From the NCBI GenBank assembly GCA_024137785.1, contig JAHRHZ010000012.1, positions 72,068,958-72,132,957 on the forward strand: 64,000 nucleotides of DNA. Reading direction: 5' to 3'. The position numbers were made by a program, and so were the translations under genes. The DNA is from Ginglymostoma cirratum. Taxonomy: Eukaryota. This document shows, piece after piece, positions 1-13,429 of the stretch. The notes below the pieces were generated by a model. That model was not told the origin of the DNA. It worked only from the letters and a program-made list of their open reading frames with translations, and did not search any database. Within the stretch, counting starts at the first letter, position 1, and each line of letters begins with the position of its first letter.

Positions 1-34
1 TTCCATTTATAAAGCCCGGGGTCTCATACACCTT

Positions 35-365
35 ACAGTGTGGTAGAATCTAGAACATGGGAACCCAATGTCCAAGACAGATATACATCATTTTGGATTG
101 AGATGGGGAGAAATTCCTTCACACAAAGAACCGTGAATCTTTGGAATTCTGTACCCCATAATATTGTGGATATTTATTGAATTTTTAAAATATTTAACAC
201 TGAAATTGACAGACTTTTGGTCTCTCAGAACATCAAGAGATATGGGGATTGTGTGGGGAAATGGAGTTGAAGCCAAAGATGGCAACAATTGTATTGAATA
301 GATTAGCAGACAAGACTGGAAGCAGAGTCTACCCCTGCTACTTTTCTCTTCCATTCTTATGTTTA
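35..365 (+). mobile_element. CR1 LINE 3' end fragment
   Basis: Degenerate ESRT..EMxRNxFTQRxVNLWNS ORF2 C-terminus followed by 3' UTR. Confidence 0.7.
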
Positions 366-725
366 TTAATCAATTTCTCAACCTACCCTGTACCTTCAAT
401 GTTTGCTTCTCCATTCCCTTTAGAATTGTATCCTCAATTTTACATTGCCTTTCCTCAATTATCTTGGAAAAAAGATCACATTCTCAGTATAAGATTTCAT
501 CTGCTACTTGTCTGTTCATTCCGCTAGTTTGTGCATGCCCACTTGAAGAATTCATTATCATTCTTATATTCACTAGACTTCCAAGCTTAGTGCTATCCAC
601 AGATTTTGAAATTCTCTGAGTCAAGGTCATTGTTATAGATTATGAAAAGCAGGAAACATAGCTCCAAACCCTGGGGAAACCCACCTGAACATTACTTTAG
701 ACCAAAAACAACAGTTCATCATTAC

Positions 726-823
726 GAGATAACAAAGTGTGGAGCTGGATGAACACAGCAGGCCAAGCAGCATCATAGGAGTAGGAAAGCTTGACATTTC
801 GGGCCTAGACCCTTCATCAGAAA
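726..823 (-). mobile_element. Short Penelope-type non-autonomous element with hammerhead core (single arm)
   Basis: Minus strand reads TTTCTGATGAAGGGTCTAGGCCCGAAATGTCAAGC...TTATCTC. Same family as the copies at 3032, 13253, 21894, 29051 and 54605. Confidence 0.75.
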
Positions 824-842
824 CTCTCTGTTTCCTTTCACA

Positions 843-1155
843 GAGTCATAGAGTCATGCAGCATGGAAATTGACCCTTCAGTGCAACTCATCTACGCCGA
901 CCGGGTATCTAAATTGAACTATTCCCACTTGCCTGTGTTTGGCCCATATCCGTCTAAACCTTTCCTATTCATGTACCTGTCCAAATTTCTCTTAAATGTT
1001 GTAATTCCATACACGCACCACCCTCTGTATGAAAATGTTGCCCCTCATGACCCTTTTAAAGCTTTCCCCCTCACCTAAACCTATGCCATCTAGTTTTGGA
1101 CACCCCTACCCTTGCAAAAAGATCTTGGCTATTCAATTTATCTATGCTCCTCAGC
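843..1155 (-). mobile_element. CR1 LINE 3' end fragment
   Basis: Begins with the (AGAGTCAT)n-type tail in reverse. Reverse strand gives GQHFHTEGGACM..FKRNLDRYMN. Confidence 0.7.
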
Positions 1156-1339
1156 ATATAATAGTAAAGTGCATGGAATTGGGGTTAGTGTACTGAGAAA
1201 CTAGCCCTACTTCCATTTGGCACAGAAAATTAAAACCTGCAGTTTAAAACATGTACATTATATCAATCAAAGTAAATAAAATAGCTGCATTCGTTTTATT
1301 ATGGTAATGAGCTCACAAGACAGGTCTTGTAGCATACTA

Positions 1340-1620
1340 CAAACATACAACAAGGGACAAAAGTAGGCCACTCGGCCCTTTTAGCATAGCTGATTTATTT
1401 TTAACCTCATATCTAGATATCCCTGATAATCTTTCACTCTTTTGGTAATCAAGAATCTATCTACCTCTGCCTCGAAGATATTTAAAGATTTTGCATCCAT
1501 TGCCTTTTGAGAAAGGAAATTCTAAAGACCAACAATGCCTGAGACAAAACAAAAGTTTCCTAATCTCTATTTTAAATGGGCTTCCCATTATTTTTAAACG
1601 ATGAGCCCTGTTTCCAGAGT
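1340..1620 (-). mobile_element. CR1 LINE 3' fragment
   Basis: Similar to the other reverse CR1 3' ends in the window (aatctatctacctctgcc..., ctaatctctattttaaatggg). Confidence 0.55.
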
Positions 1621-1900
1621 ACCAGTTGTGATGCAGCCTCTGGGGAGAAGCTTTAGGTTCAATTCACATTTCAGGACTGAACCAATCATGACATGGCCAA
1701 ATAGGTTGATTATTTGCCTGTAAATCTTTCCAATACACCTGTTGGCAGGCTGTAAGAACAGGAGAATTTCCTGGTCAGCCATCTTGCAGAAGGCAATGGA
1801 TAATCACGTTACCAAGCATATTCATGGACTAATCAGTGAAAGTCTGTGGCTCCCAATTCCCCCTTGGAGCATGACACCTGAGGAGAAAGAAAAAAAATGA
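1620..1900 (+). mobile_element. Old tRNA-headed SINE with RTE-like tail
   Basis: B-box-like GGTTCAATTC, then a core (catgacatggccaaataggttgatta) shared with 3810-3930, 33170-33480 and 41420-41530. Has an agaaggcaatgg tail motif and an A-rich end. Confidence 0.45.
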
Positions 1901-2269
1901 GCTCAAATACTTGTCATTTCTAAGAGTATTTACCTAAAATTAATTCTGCTGATAAAAGTGTAATAAATAGAACCTATCTCATTTATCATTACTTAAACAA
2001 TAATTTCACAGCAAAAATAATGGTCATTCAGACAAATGTTGAAAATTAAGGAAAGACAGCATCGATTTGTTATTACAAAATCATGATTAACTAACTCAAC
2101 TGATTTTTTTAAAAAGGTAGCAGAAAGTTGTTGATGTAGTGTGCATGGACTTCCAGAAGGCAGTTGATGAAGCATCACAGAAAAGACTTGTGAGTAAGTT
2201 ACAGATTATGTAATAAAAGGGTCACTAGCAGTATGAGTACAAAATTGGCTGGTTGAAAGAAAGTACATA

Positions 2270-2885
2270 ACCTCTGCTCCTGTACTCAAATCCTCTTGAT
2301 CTGAAGGCCAACATACCATTGCCCTTCTTCACTGCCAGCTGTACCTGTATGTTTGCTTTCAGTGACTGGAGTAAATGGACACTCAGGTTTTATTGCACCT
2401 CCCCTTTTATAAATCTATCAACATTCAGATAATTATCTGATCTCCTGGGTTTTTTTTACACCAAATAGGATAAGTTCACATTTATCCAAATTAAACTTCA
2501 TTTGACATGAATTTGGTCACTCAATCAATGTGTTCAAATCACATTGAAGCATCTCTGCATCCTCCTTACAGTTCACCCTCCCACCCACTGAGTCATAGAG
2601 ATTGACAGCGTAGAAAAAATGCTCTTTGGCCCATTTAACCTGTACCAAGCTATTCTAATCACATCTAATCCCACCCAGTTTTGTGTTGCCTGCAAACTTG
2701 AAGATACTATACTTCCTTCTTCTAAATCATTATAAATGTATTCTGAATAGCTGAGGTCCAAGTGCTGATCCATATGGTATCCCACCAGCCACTGGCTGCC
2801 ACTCAGAAAATTACCTGTTTATTCTAGTCTGCCAACCAGTTTTCTATACATGTCTTACACAATCCTCAATTCCAGGCACTTTGGG
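2270..2885 (-). mobile_element. CR1 LINE RT fragment
   Basis: Reverse strand encodes the decayed SGIPxGSALGP..YIYNDL..FA(D)D RT region and beyond. Confidence 0.65.
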
Positions 2886-3031
2886 AGAATATGAAGAATT
2901 AGGTTGATAACATTGCATGGCACTTTGAATGAGCTTTGATTTCTCTATCTAGTATTATTGTTCACTTGTTAAGCATAGCATATTACTGGACAACCATTGG
3001 TACATAGGTATAATTGACAGAATTAATGGCT

Positions 3032-3169
3032 TCAGAGATAGTAGGAACTGCAGATGCAGGAGAATCTGAGATATACGAGGTGTAGAGCTGGATGAACTAA
3101 GCAGGCCAAGTAGCATCAGAGGAGCAGGAAGGCTGATGTTTCGGGCCTAGACCCTTCTTCAGAAATCTT
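3032..3169 (-). mobile_element. Short Penelope-type element with hammerhead core, 14 bp TSD
   Basis: TSD cagaattaatggct at 3018-3031 and 3170-3183. Minus strand reads CTGAAGAAGGGTCTAGGCCCGAAACATC. Confidence 0.8.
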
Positions 3170-3261
3170 CAGAATTAATGGCTGTTGCGTTTTGTATTAG
3201 AATGTTATGTCTATCACTCATGGGGCTGATTTCTGCATTTTTTTTCATGAAATGTCAAGTT

Positions 3262-3588
3262 TAGAATCATAGAATCCCGACAGTGTAGAAACAAGTCCTT
3301 GGGCCCAACAAGTCCATACCGACCCTCAGAGCATCCCTCCCAGACTCATTCCCCTATAACCCGCCTAATCTACACATCCCTGAACACTACGGGCAATTTA
3401 ACATGGCCAATCCACCTAGCCTGCACATCTCTGGATCGTGGGAGGAAACTGGAGCACCTGGTGGAAACCCATGCAGACACATGGAGAATGTGCAAACCCC
3501 ACACAGACTGTCGCCTGAGGGTGGAAATGAACCCGGGTCCCTGGCACTGTGAGGCAGCAGTGCTAACCACTGAGCCACCGTGCTGCCC
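3262..3588 (-). mobile_element. HE1/V-SINE-type tRNA-derived SINE
   Basis: Reverse strand head GGGCAGCACGGTGGCTCAGTGGTTAGCAC (A box) and GGGTTCATTTCC (B box), V-domain TGTGGGGTTTGCACATTCTCC, CR1-like (ATTCTATG) tail. Confidence 0.85.
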
Positions 3589-4649
3589 TGTTTATCGAGT
3601 TTCATGGAAGGATTCACTCCCTGAGGACTACTGAGTTTTCTTGTTGCTACTTACCAAACCCGCCTCATTGACTATCGACCCTACCCCTGGGGCATCCCTC
3701 TCATCTGATTCTAGCCTCGTTTTACCATTCTCCGTATCCAGCACAACTTGCTAGTCCTGGTAATGTCCGGTATCCCCGCCACGGGTGCCATATTTAAATG
3801 GTTGTTGTGCCTGTAACTGGTGCACTGAAAAGATTTTCCAGCTAATAACCAACCTATTTAGCCATGTTATGAATGCAGTAGTCCTGAAGTGGGAATTGAA
3901 CTCAAAGTTTCTCCCCAGAGGCTGCATTGTGACTTCTGTTGTTGTGACAAGGTCTGTTAGTCCAGTGCTGTCTTGCAGATTTCGTAATATTTATCCTGTT
4001 CATGGTAGAAAAAGAAAATTGGCACCCTTCTTTGCAGCTAGACACCTTGAGGTCCAGTTAGATGCAGTGATGTAAATGTGGGACAACTCCTTCCCTGAGG
4101 ACCAGGAGGAGAGTCCATGACATAAGAAGGTCAATGCCCTTCTCCACTGCACCAGTGTATATGCCACCATCTACACTCCAATGCCTCACACTCACTCCTC
4201 CTTCCCACCTCCGAAGAAGTCTCATGCTCTACCACTCTCAATATCACATTCAACACCTTCCCTTCCTTGCTATCATCCACTCCTGACATCATTAACCCTG
4301 CATGTCCTCTGAGCTGCCTACTCACTCAGTTGGGACACTTTGGCACCAGCACCAGAAGTAACAGTTTTGCCACCCATTCCCGTTTCCCTTAATACCTGCC
4401 TTTGCTCATTCCAGGAGGAAAACAGCCCAAAATTGGGCTGTTATGAGGGGTCATAGGCTCTGACCACCTTGAACACATGACTGACTATGGCCAAGTCCCT
4501 AGACTGGTACCAGGAGCTGGAAGCCCTCCCCACCAAAGGTTATTTCCCTTGACTTGACCGAGGACTGCTAAAAAGTATGGTAAGCTTCGTGACAGTCTGT
4601 CTGTGCTCAATGGTAAGGCAGTACAACAGATCTGTGAGCTTGGTAGAGA

Positions 4650-5810
4650 AATGTGGAAACATATAAGATAGGAACACAGCCCTTTGAATATGCTCTGCCA
4701 TTCAATATGATCATGGCTGAACATCTAATGCAGTATCCTGTTCCTGCTTCTTCCTTAAATCATTTGATTGCTTAGACCTAAGAACTATCTCTTCCTTGAA
4801 AATATTCAATGTTTTAGCTTCAACCATTTTCTATGGCAGAGTGTTCCACAGTCTCACTAGTCTCGGAGTAAAGACACTATTCCTTATCTCAGTCTTAAAT
4901 GGCTTATCCTGTATTCTTAGACCGTGAACCCTGGTTCTGGACTCCCTGGTCATCGGGAACATCTTTCCTGCATCTACCCTGTCCTATTCTGTTAGAAGAT
5001 TTATAGGTTTCTATGAGATCCTACCTTGTTCTTCGAAAATTCAGCGAATATAATCCTAACTAATCCAATCTCTTTTCATATGTCAGCTCTGCTGTCCCAC
5101 AAATCAGTCTGATAAACCTTCATTGCACCCCCTCCATAGCCAGAACATCCTTCCTCAGATAAAAAGACCAAAACTGCACACAATACTCCAAGTATGGGTC
5201 TTACCAATGCCCTGTATAATTGTGGCAAGACATCCCTGCTCCTGTACTCAAATCCTCTTGCTATGAAGACCAACATACCATTTGCCTTCTTTGTCTCTAA
5301 CGCACTTGCATGTTTACTTGCAGCAACTGGCATACAAAGAAACCCAAGTCATGTTCACCCCCACCTTTCCAGATCTTTTGCCATTCGGATAATAATACGT
5401 TATTCCTGCTGTTAGTACCAAAATGGATATCCCACATTTTATCCACATTATACTTCATCTCCCATGAATTTGTCAATCCACTCAACTTTACCAAATTACA
5501 CAGAATTATTTCTATATCCTCTTCACAGCTCACCCTCTCACCTAGCTTTGGTCATCTGCAAACCTAGAGATATTGTATTTTGATCCACTAACTAGATTAT
5601 TAATATTCATTCTGAATAGCCTTTGTACAAGGGGCCCTTGTACTGATCCCCACGCTACCCAACTACTCACTGCCTGCCAATCAGGAAAAAAAGATATGTT
5701 TATTTCTACTCTGTATCCTGGCCACCAACCAGTTCTCTATCCAAATCAGTACAAGACGCCTAATCCCAAGTGCTTTCATTTTACATGCTAATCTCTTATC
5801 AAATTTCTAA
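4650..5810 (-). mobile_element. CR1 LINE 3' fragment
   Basis: ORF track: KKANGMLVFIARGFEYRSRDVLPQLYRALVRP and WEMKYNVDK. Confidence 0.85.
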
Positions 5811-5829
5811 GGCTGAAGAGAGGGCTTTA

Positions 5830-8800
5830 AGGTAATTAGAAGGGGCAGTGTTTGGGAGATGGTAAATATAGGCTTACAAAGCAAAAGGATGTGACAGTGT
5901 TACGGGGAATTTATTTAGATAATGATACCCAGAGTGGGACAGGAAGGGGCAGAGTATACTAATGTAGAAAAACACCAGTAAATAGGGTAAAAGTGGAAAT
6001 AATAGTAGAGATGCAAAATTAATGGCTCTTTACTTGAATGCAAGTAGTATTTGGAACAAAATAGATGAATGAACTGCACAAATACAGGTAAATGGGCATG
6101 ATCTTATAGCCATTATGGGAACATGGCTACAAGGAGATGAAATATAGGTACTAAATGTTCAAAGATATGTAACTTTTCAAAAGGACATAAAGGAAGGAAA
6201 GGGTGGTGGGGTAGCTTTGTTGATGTGGGATGGAATAAGTACAACTGCAAGAAATGATCTTGAATCAGAAGATATAGAATCCATGCAGCTGGAGGTAAGA
6301 AATACAAAGGGAAGGAAGACACTGGTAGGAGTAGTCCATAAGCCTAGAACAATATATTGTGGATCCACCCAGGGAGCAGGCTGTTTTTGATCTAGTGATG
6401 TGTATTGATGCAGATTTAATAAATGAAGTCAGAGTAGAAGTTGCCCCACAGAAACAGTGACCATAAGATGGTAGAATATAACATTCAGTTTTGAAGGAAG
6501 AGAGAAACTTGAGTTGGAAACAACTGTGCTAACAATAAATAAGAATAGTTACAAAGGACTGAGGGCAGAGCTGGCTGGAGTGGACTGGGGAAAGAGTTTA
6601 GCAGCAATGATCATTGAGGAACAACGGTAAACTTTTAAGAAAATAGTTCATAGCTCACAGTGAAGACTTCCTGTGAGGTAAAAGGATTCCAGGAAGTGGA
6701 TAAACCAGTTATGGTTAACAAGGGAAATTAATGATAGCATCAAACTTGAAGAAGAAGCATACAATTTAGCAAAGATTAGTAGTAAGCCAGAGGATTGGGA
6801 AAGTTTTAAAAACTAAAAAAAGACTGAAAAGAGGGAGAAAATAAACTTTGCAATAAGCTTGCAAGTAATATCAAAATGGACAGAAAGACCTTCTTTAAAT
6901 GTTTAAAAATGAAAAGAGAAGCCAAAGTGAACATAGGCCTGTTCGAGAATATTGCTGGGAAATAACAATAGGTAACCATTAAATGGCAGAGGAATTGAAT
7001 AAATACTTCATATCAGTCTTCACAGCAGATGACCCTAATAATATCTGAAAATTAATAAATATTCAAAGGGCAAAAGGAGGGGAAGAAGTAAATAGAAAAA
7101 CTATGGCTGGTGAAAAAGTGGTAGGGGAACTAATAGGTCTACCGATAAATCTCCTAAACCTGATGGGATACATCTTAGCATAATAAAGGAAATAGCTGCA
7201 AAGATAGTAGCTGCACTGGTAGTAATCTTCTAGGAATTCTAAGACTCTGGAAAAGTCCCAGAGAATTGGAAAACTGCCAATGTAATATCATTATTTAACA
7301 AAGGAGGGAGGCCAATAAGGATAATTGTAGGCCAGTTAACTTAACATCTGTTATTGGCAAAATGTTAGAGTCTATTATACATGATGTAATAGTAGCACAT
7401 TTAGAAATGCATAATATGATCAAGTAGAATCATTGTGGCTTCATGAAGGGGAAATCATGCTTGACAAATTTACTAGAATTCTTTGAGAATGTAAAAAACA
7501 GGATAGATAAACGGGAAGCAATGCTATGCGCTTGGATTTCCAGAAGGCATTTGTTAAGATGCCACACATTAAGCTACTTAATAAATGAAAATAAAATATG
7601 TTGCAAGTAGCACATTAGACTAGATACAGGATTAGCTAACTAATAGAAGACAGAGAGTTGGGATAAAAGGGGTATTTGCAAGATGGCAACCTGTAAATAA
7701 TGGAGTACCACAGGAATCAGTGCTGTTGTCACAATTAATTACAATATATATTAATGGCTTGAATGAGGAAAATGAATGTACTGTGGACAAATTTGCAGAT
7801 GACACAAATATAGTTGGGAAGACAAGTGTGACAATGGCACGAAGAGTCTGTAAAATGATATAAATGAGTTAAGCGAGTTATTGGCAAATACTTGTGAGAT
7901 GGAATATAAAGAGGCGCAATGTGAGATTATGCACATTGGCAAGAAGAATAGAAGAGCTGAATGTTATTTAAGTGGAGAAAGTCTACAGAAATCTGCAGAA
8001 GAGAAGGATTTGAAAGTCCTCCTCTATGAATCACACACAGCTAGCAACCAAGTTCAGCGGGAATAGAGAAGTTGAATGAAGCGTAGGCCTTTATTTCAAA
8101 GAGAAATGGTGTCAAAAAATATGGAGGTTTTGCTCAAAATATACGAGGTACTAGTCAGACCACTGCTAGAATATTGTGAACAGTTTTGGACCCCTCATCT
8201 AACGAAAGACATAATGACATCAGAGACAGTCCAGAAAATATTAACTAGGCTGATACCATGTATGGTATGTCTATTTTATGAGGAAAGATTGACTAACTTG
8301 AGCCTATATCATTGGAATATAGAAGAATGAAAGGCAAAATTATTGCATGTTATTGATACATGCAAGATTCTTTAAGGACTTGACAGGGTAGATATAGAAA
8401 TATTGTTTTACCTTGTGGGAGAGTCTAGGACCAGACGGCATAATCTCAGATTAAGGGATTGCGTATTTAAAACAGAAATGAGGAGGAACACCCGTCAGAT
8501 GATTGTAAATCTAAGCAATTCTGGATCACAGGGGCTAGTTGAGGTTGGGTCATTAAATAAAAAGTATATTCAAGGCTGAGCAAGGCAGATTTTTTAAGAA
8601 TTCAGGAAGTATTTATATCATGGATAGGAAAATTATTGGAGAAGTTTCTGAGGGATAAGATTTACTCACATTTGGAGAAATGTGGACTTATTAGCAATGG
8701 CAGCATGGCTTTCAGTGGAAGAGGTCATGTCTCACAAACTTGATTGAGGTTTTTGAGGAAGTGAGAAAGATGATCGATGAAGGTAGGATGATAGGTGTTG

Positions 8801-10030
8801 TCTATATGGGCTTTTGCAAGATGTTTGACTACGTCCTTCATGGCAGACCAAAACAGAAGATGAAATCACATGGCATCTGCAGTGAGCTGGTAAGATGAAT
8901 ACAGAACTGGCTTGGTCATAGAAGACATAGAGCAGTGGTGAAAGGATGTTTTTCTGACTGGAGATCTATGACCAGTGGTGTTCCACAGGGATCAGTGCTG
9001 GGACCTCATTTGTTAGTAAAGAAATGTTTTGGAGGAGAATGTACGTGACCTGATTAGCAAATTTGCAGATGACACCAAGATTATGGAATTTGCAGATAGT
9101 GATGAAGATTGCCAGAAGATAGAGCAGGACGTAGATAGCTTGGAGACTTGTGTGGAGAAATGACAGATGGAATTCAATCCAGCCAAATGCAAGGTTTGGA
9201 AGATCTAATGCAGGAGGGAAGTAAACAGGAAACAGAACCCTTAGAAGCATTAAAATACAGAGGGATCTAGGGATACAGGTACACAGTTCCTTGAAAGTGG
9301 CAATTCAAGTAGATAAGATGGTGAAGAAGGTATATGGCACATACAGTATAAAAATTGGCAAGGTAGGCCACATTTGGAATATTGTGTACAATTCTAGTTA
9401 CCGCACTACCAGAAGGATTAAGCGATTTGGACAGGATACAGAAATAGTTTACCAGGACGTTGCCTGGTTTGGAGGGCATTAGCTATGAGGACAGATTGGA
9501 CAAGTTTTGTTTTCACTTGAACGTTGGAGGCTCGGGGGGGCAACATGAAAGAAGTTTACAAAATTATGAGATGCATGGATAGAATGGATAGTCAGAGCCT
9601 TTCTTCCATGGCAGAAATGTCAGTTTCTAGGGGCCGCAGATTTAAGGTAAAAGGGGGTAAGTTTACTGGAGAAGTGAGAAGAAAGCTTGTTACAGGGAGG
9701 GAGGTAAGTGCCTGGAATGTGCTACTGGAGGAGGTGGTGGATGCAGATAGAATAGCAATATTTAAGAGGCATCTTGACAAGTGTATGAATAGGCAAGGAA
9801 TGGCGAGATACAGACTGTGTAGACAAAAAAGGCTTTTAGTTCAGAAAGGCATCATGTGTTGGTATAGTCTTGATTGGCTAATGGTCCTGCTCCTATGCTG
9901 CACTGTTCTTTGGAATCAACTGTTATGGGGAAAAGGGAGGAAAGTGGAGTTGAGGATTATCTGATCAGCCATGACCTAATTGAATGGCGGGACAGAATCG
10001 ATGAGCTGAATGGTCTGCTTCTTCTTCTAT
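5830..10030 (+). mobile_element. Long decayed CR1 LINE ORF2 (APE endonuclease + RT), split by a nested CR1
   Basis: LYLNAxSIWNK...ETWLQ endonuclease, HxGFMKGKSCLTNLLEFFE and KFADDT RT motifs, many stops. Its 3' UTR resumes at about 9915 after the nested insertion. Confidence 0.85.
8605..9912 (+). mobile_element. Nested CR1 LINE (second subfamily), RT to 3' tail
   Basis: SCLTNLIEVFEEV, SGVPQGSVLGP, KFADDTK, FKRHLDK, then a CTGTTCTT tail. Confidence 0.85.
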
Positions 10031-10034
10031 GTCA

Positions 10035-10640
10035 TATGGTCTTATATGATACATGGGCCTTATTGAAAGCTTTCTGTATGTCCAAGTAAACCAAACCCAC
10101 TGGTTCCCCTTTATCAATATACCAGTTATATTCCCAAAAAATTCCAGTAGATTTGTCAAGTATGATTTCCCCTCTGTAAAGCCGTGCTGTCTCTGTCTGA
10201 ACCTTTCACTTGTTTTCCAACTTGCTGTTAAATCTTTTATAATGAACTGTAGCATTTTCACTACAGCCCATGTCAGACTAACCAGTCTATAATTCCCTAT
10301 TGCTGACATCAAGATAAGTCTTGCTGGACTTCTTGTGCAATTCTGCCACATTTCTCACTATAGCCTGCATCATTCAGGTCCCTATAAGATTCTACCCATG
10401 GTGTAATTGCCAATTCAAGTAATATCTATTTAGCCTAATGTCATGCTTCCTGTCTACCAACTTATCATCCATTCCTACTTTCTGTTACACTATCTTCTTG
10501 AATTTTTGAAATAAGATTGTTATAAGACATCTTTTTGAATGCATTCTGAAAATTCATACCCTTTATCCACTGCATTCTCAATACACTCAATTGATCAATC
10601 CTTCCAAAAACTCTACTAAGTTTGGTAAAGTCAAATTTTA
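10035..10640 (-). mobile_element. CR1 RT fragments
   Basis: ORF track: GNYRLVSLT...QHGFTEGKSYLTNLLEFF. Confidence 0.7.
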
Positions 10641-10850
10641 AAAATTCGTTCATAGGTTGTGGACTTCACAGGCTGGGCAAACCTTTGTTGCCTATCCCTA
10701 TTTACCATTGAGAAGATAGTGATGAGCTGCCTTGTTGAATTGCTGCAGTCAATTTGACACAGGCTCCCCCAAATGCAGTGGGGAAGTGATTTCAGGAGTT
10801 TGACTCAGTAACAGTGGAAGGAATGGCAAGAAATTTCCAAATCAATAGAG
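10640..10850 (-). mobile_element. 3' end of the second LINE family (as at 34845)
   Basis: Similar to 34855-35060 (ttgcctatccctatttaccattgagaag..gagctgcc). Confidence 0.6.
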
Positions 10851-11889
10851 TTGCAGTCATGGCAAATCAGAATTAATTGTCTTTAACTAAACCGTGTATT
10901 CTTAAATGCAATTAAAATACACGTTATAATGTAATTCTATTGTATCTTTGCTTACCAAATAACTCATACATCCCCAAAGTTGAGACTGTTCGTTTGAAAC
11001 TGGTACAACACATGCAGTACAATTCTACACTGAGAAACTCATAAACTGACATATATTTAACTCCTAGATTTCATGTGTATGTATGAATATTCTGATTGAT
11101 TTGAATGAGGTACCTTTGTAATTAATGGTACTCAATTATTTTGCTTATCCCAGGGGACAAAGTCAAGAAATCCCCTGTTTTTCTAGTAAAGCATTTGATC
11201 TCTGTCTTCAGATGAGTAGTGATAAGGATTTGATGGCACTAAACATTTCCCTAAGGAGATAAGGACTTATTAACAGATGGTCACGATATTCAGGAATATC
11301 AGCCTTAACCAAAGCAGATGGTAAAGATTTAACTCAACAAGAAAGGGACGATTGTAACGTGAGGTTTAGGCTTATTGAATAAACGAACAGCAGAACTTCA
11401 ATCAGTTACAAGCTTAGAAGATAAGAGAGTTTTTTGAGCTGGGAAATATTTACATTATTGCATAGTTCACCTATATACGTGTGCCTGTCTTTTGAGACTG
11501 AGAGAATGTTGAACCAAGCGTAGTAAATCCAATTTGGGTAAAGACAGACATAGAGCAATTCTTCATTCAGTACTATTTATGATGATAATAGGAAGTGCTG
11601 TATCAATAACACTTTCCTTGAATTTTGTATATATTTATCCTGAATCTTGCCAATTGCAATAAAAATGCTACTTAACTTCAAATGCATTGCCATGCCTTTT
11701 CCACAATGCTTGTAGCCAGGGAATGAGTAGAATGGTTTTGTGGAAATCTGCAGAGATAGATTTTTCCAACCATCTTTGGGCAGTTAATTAGAATGCACCT
11801 TCCCATCTCCCAGCAGTCCTGACAGTTAGCATGGGACCAATGGATAGTAGCCAGACATTAGCTACAGAAATGAAATAACTAGCCAGTCT

Positions 11890-11995
11890 CTAAAAGTGCA
11901 TATAACACATATGCATATTCATGATATCAGTATGTCCTAAAGTACTTTGCAGCCAATGAAGTATTTTTGAAGTATAGTCACTGTGAGAACGTAGG
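11890..11995 (-). mobile_element. DeuSINE (AmnSINE1/SacSINE1-like) 3' tail fragment
   Basis: gtcctaaagtactttgcagccaatgaagtatttttgaagtatagtcactg resembles the reverse of the DeuSINE tail as I recall it. Confidence 0.5.
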
Positions 11996-12039
11996 CAGTA
12001 TTACATCCTTAGGTACTTTGCAATCCTTGCAGCCTTAGA

Positions 12040-12382
12040 TATTTATAAAGTCATGGAGAACATAGATAAGGTGAATGGCAAAGATCTTTTCCCCATGGTT
12101 GGGAAATTCAAAACATGTTTCTAAGATGAGAGGAGAAAGATTTAGAAGGGACCAGAGGGGCAACTTTTCACACAGATGTTGGTTTCAATGTGGAATGAAC
12201 TTCCAGAGGAAGTGGTCGATGCAGGTACACTTAGAACATTCAAAAGACATTTGGATAGCTACACGAATAGGAAATGTTTTGAGGGATATAGACCAAATGC
12301 AGGCATGTGAGACTAGTTTAGTTTGGGAAACTTGGCTGGCATGGGCCAAAGAATCTGTTGCTGTGTTGTATGACTCTATGGT
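12040..12382 (+). mobile_element. CR1 LINE 3' end
   Basis: RGERFRRDQRGNF.. followed by a TATGACTCTATG tail. Confidence 0.8.
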
Positions 12383-13252
12383 TGTTTCTGACAGCTCTGT
12401 TTCCGAAAGAGAAAAATCTGAGCAAGTAACTAACGAGTTATACTGAAATCAAAGAGAATTCTGAGCTCTGAATGCTTTGATATAGTGGATTAATAGTTAT
12501 TGATAACGGTCATTTTGCAGACTTTATTGTTAGCATTTATTTATTACTGCTTTTACTATCATGACTGTGTAATTACAATATTCATGTTTTATAACCGAGG
12601 CTAATTTGACAGTTTAAAATAGGCACAGCAAATAAATATGACTGCTAGAAGTCAGATGGCTGATTCTTGTTAATTCACAGTCAGCCAAAAGCAGAGAGAA
12701 TGTTGTGTTATCTCAACATAAACAGAAATAGGAACCAGTTAGAATTCAAAAGTCCTTGAACAACACAATGGGGCCTTGTTAAATGTGTGAGAATTTAAGC
12801 CTTCTGCGATGACAAGCAAAACATTCACGGGGAATTCCAGCATAATTGATTTTGCTGTGTGAGGCAATAATCCATCTAAAGTTAACACATCAGCTATCCT
12901 AAATTTGACACGTTAAGGCTATAGGAATCAATTTTAAAATCTTCCCAGGAAGTTCAGAGGGAATGTCATCAAATAGCATTTTCAGCTCAAATTAAAAGTC
13001 TATATCAGAAATAAACAGTCTGTTAAGAATCTCCAAGCAATTAGCAAGTGATGTAAATACAAAACTAGTGAGGAGGGAAAAAAATCTTCTCAAAACGATA
13101 TTATCTCTATTTCAAAATTTCAAAAATGCGAAATGTATGAAAGGTTAGATGTCATTTCATATAAGACACTTCTTTTGTGGAATCCAACAAGGATGTTTGC
13201 GAGTGCTGGGCCTAGCAGGAATCTGATGGCAAAACCATTGCCACTAATAGGA

Positions 13253-13428
13253 CAACAAGGTGTAGAGCTGGAGGGACACAGCAGGCCAAGCAGCATCAGA
13301 GGACCCTTCGGGTCTAGGCCTGAAATGTCAGCCTTCCTGCTCCTCTGATGCTGCTTGGCCTGCTGTGTTCACCCAGCTCTACACCTTGTTATCTCAGATT
13401 CTCCAGCATCTGCAGTTCCTGCTATCTC
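13253..13428. mobile_element. Fold-back Penelope-type element, 14 bp TSD
   Basis: Inverted arms (caacaaggtgtagagctgg / ccagctctacaccttgtt). TSD tgccactaatagga at 13239-13252 and 13429-13442. Confidence 0.8.
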
Positions 13429-13429
13429 T

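Noticed and set aside
3500-3588. tRNA-like A/B boxes
   Set aside because: SINE heads, not cloverleaf tRNA genes.
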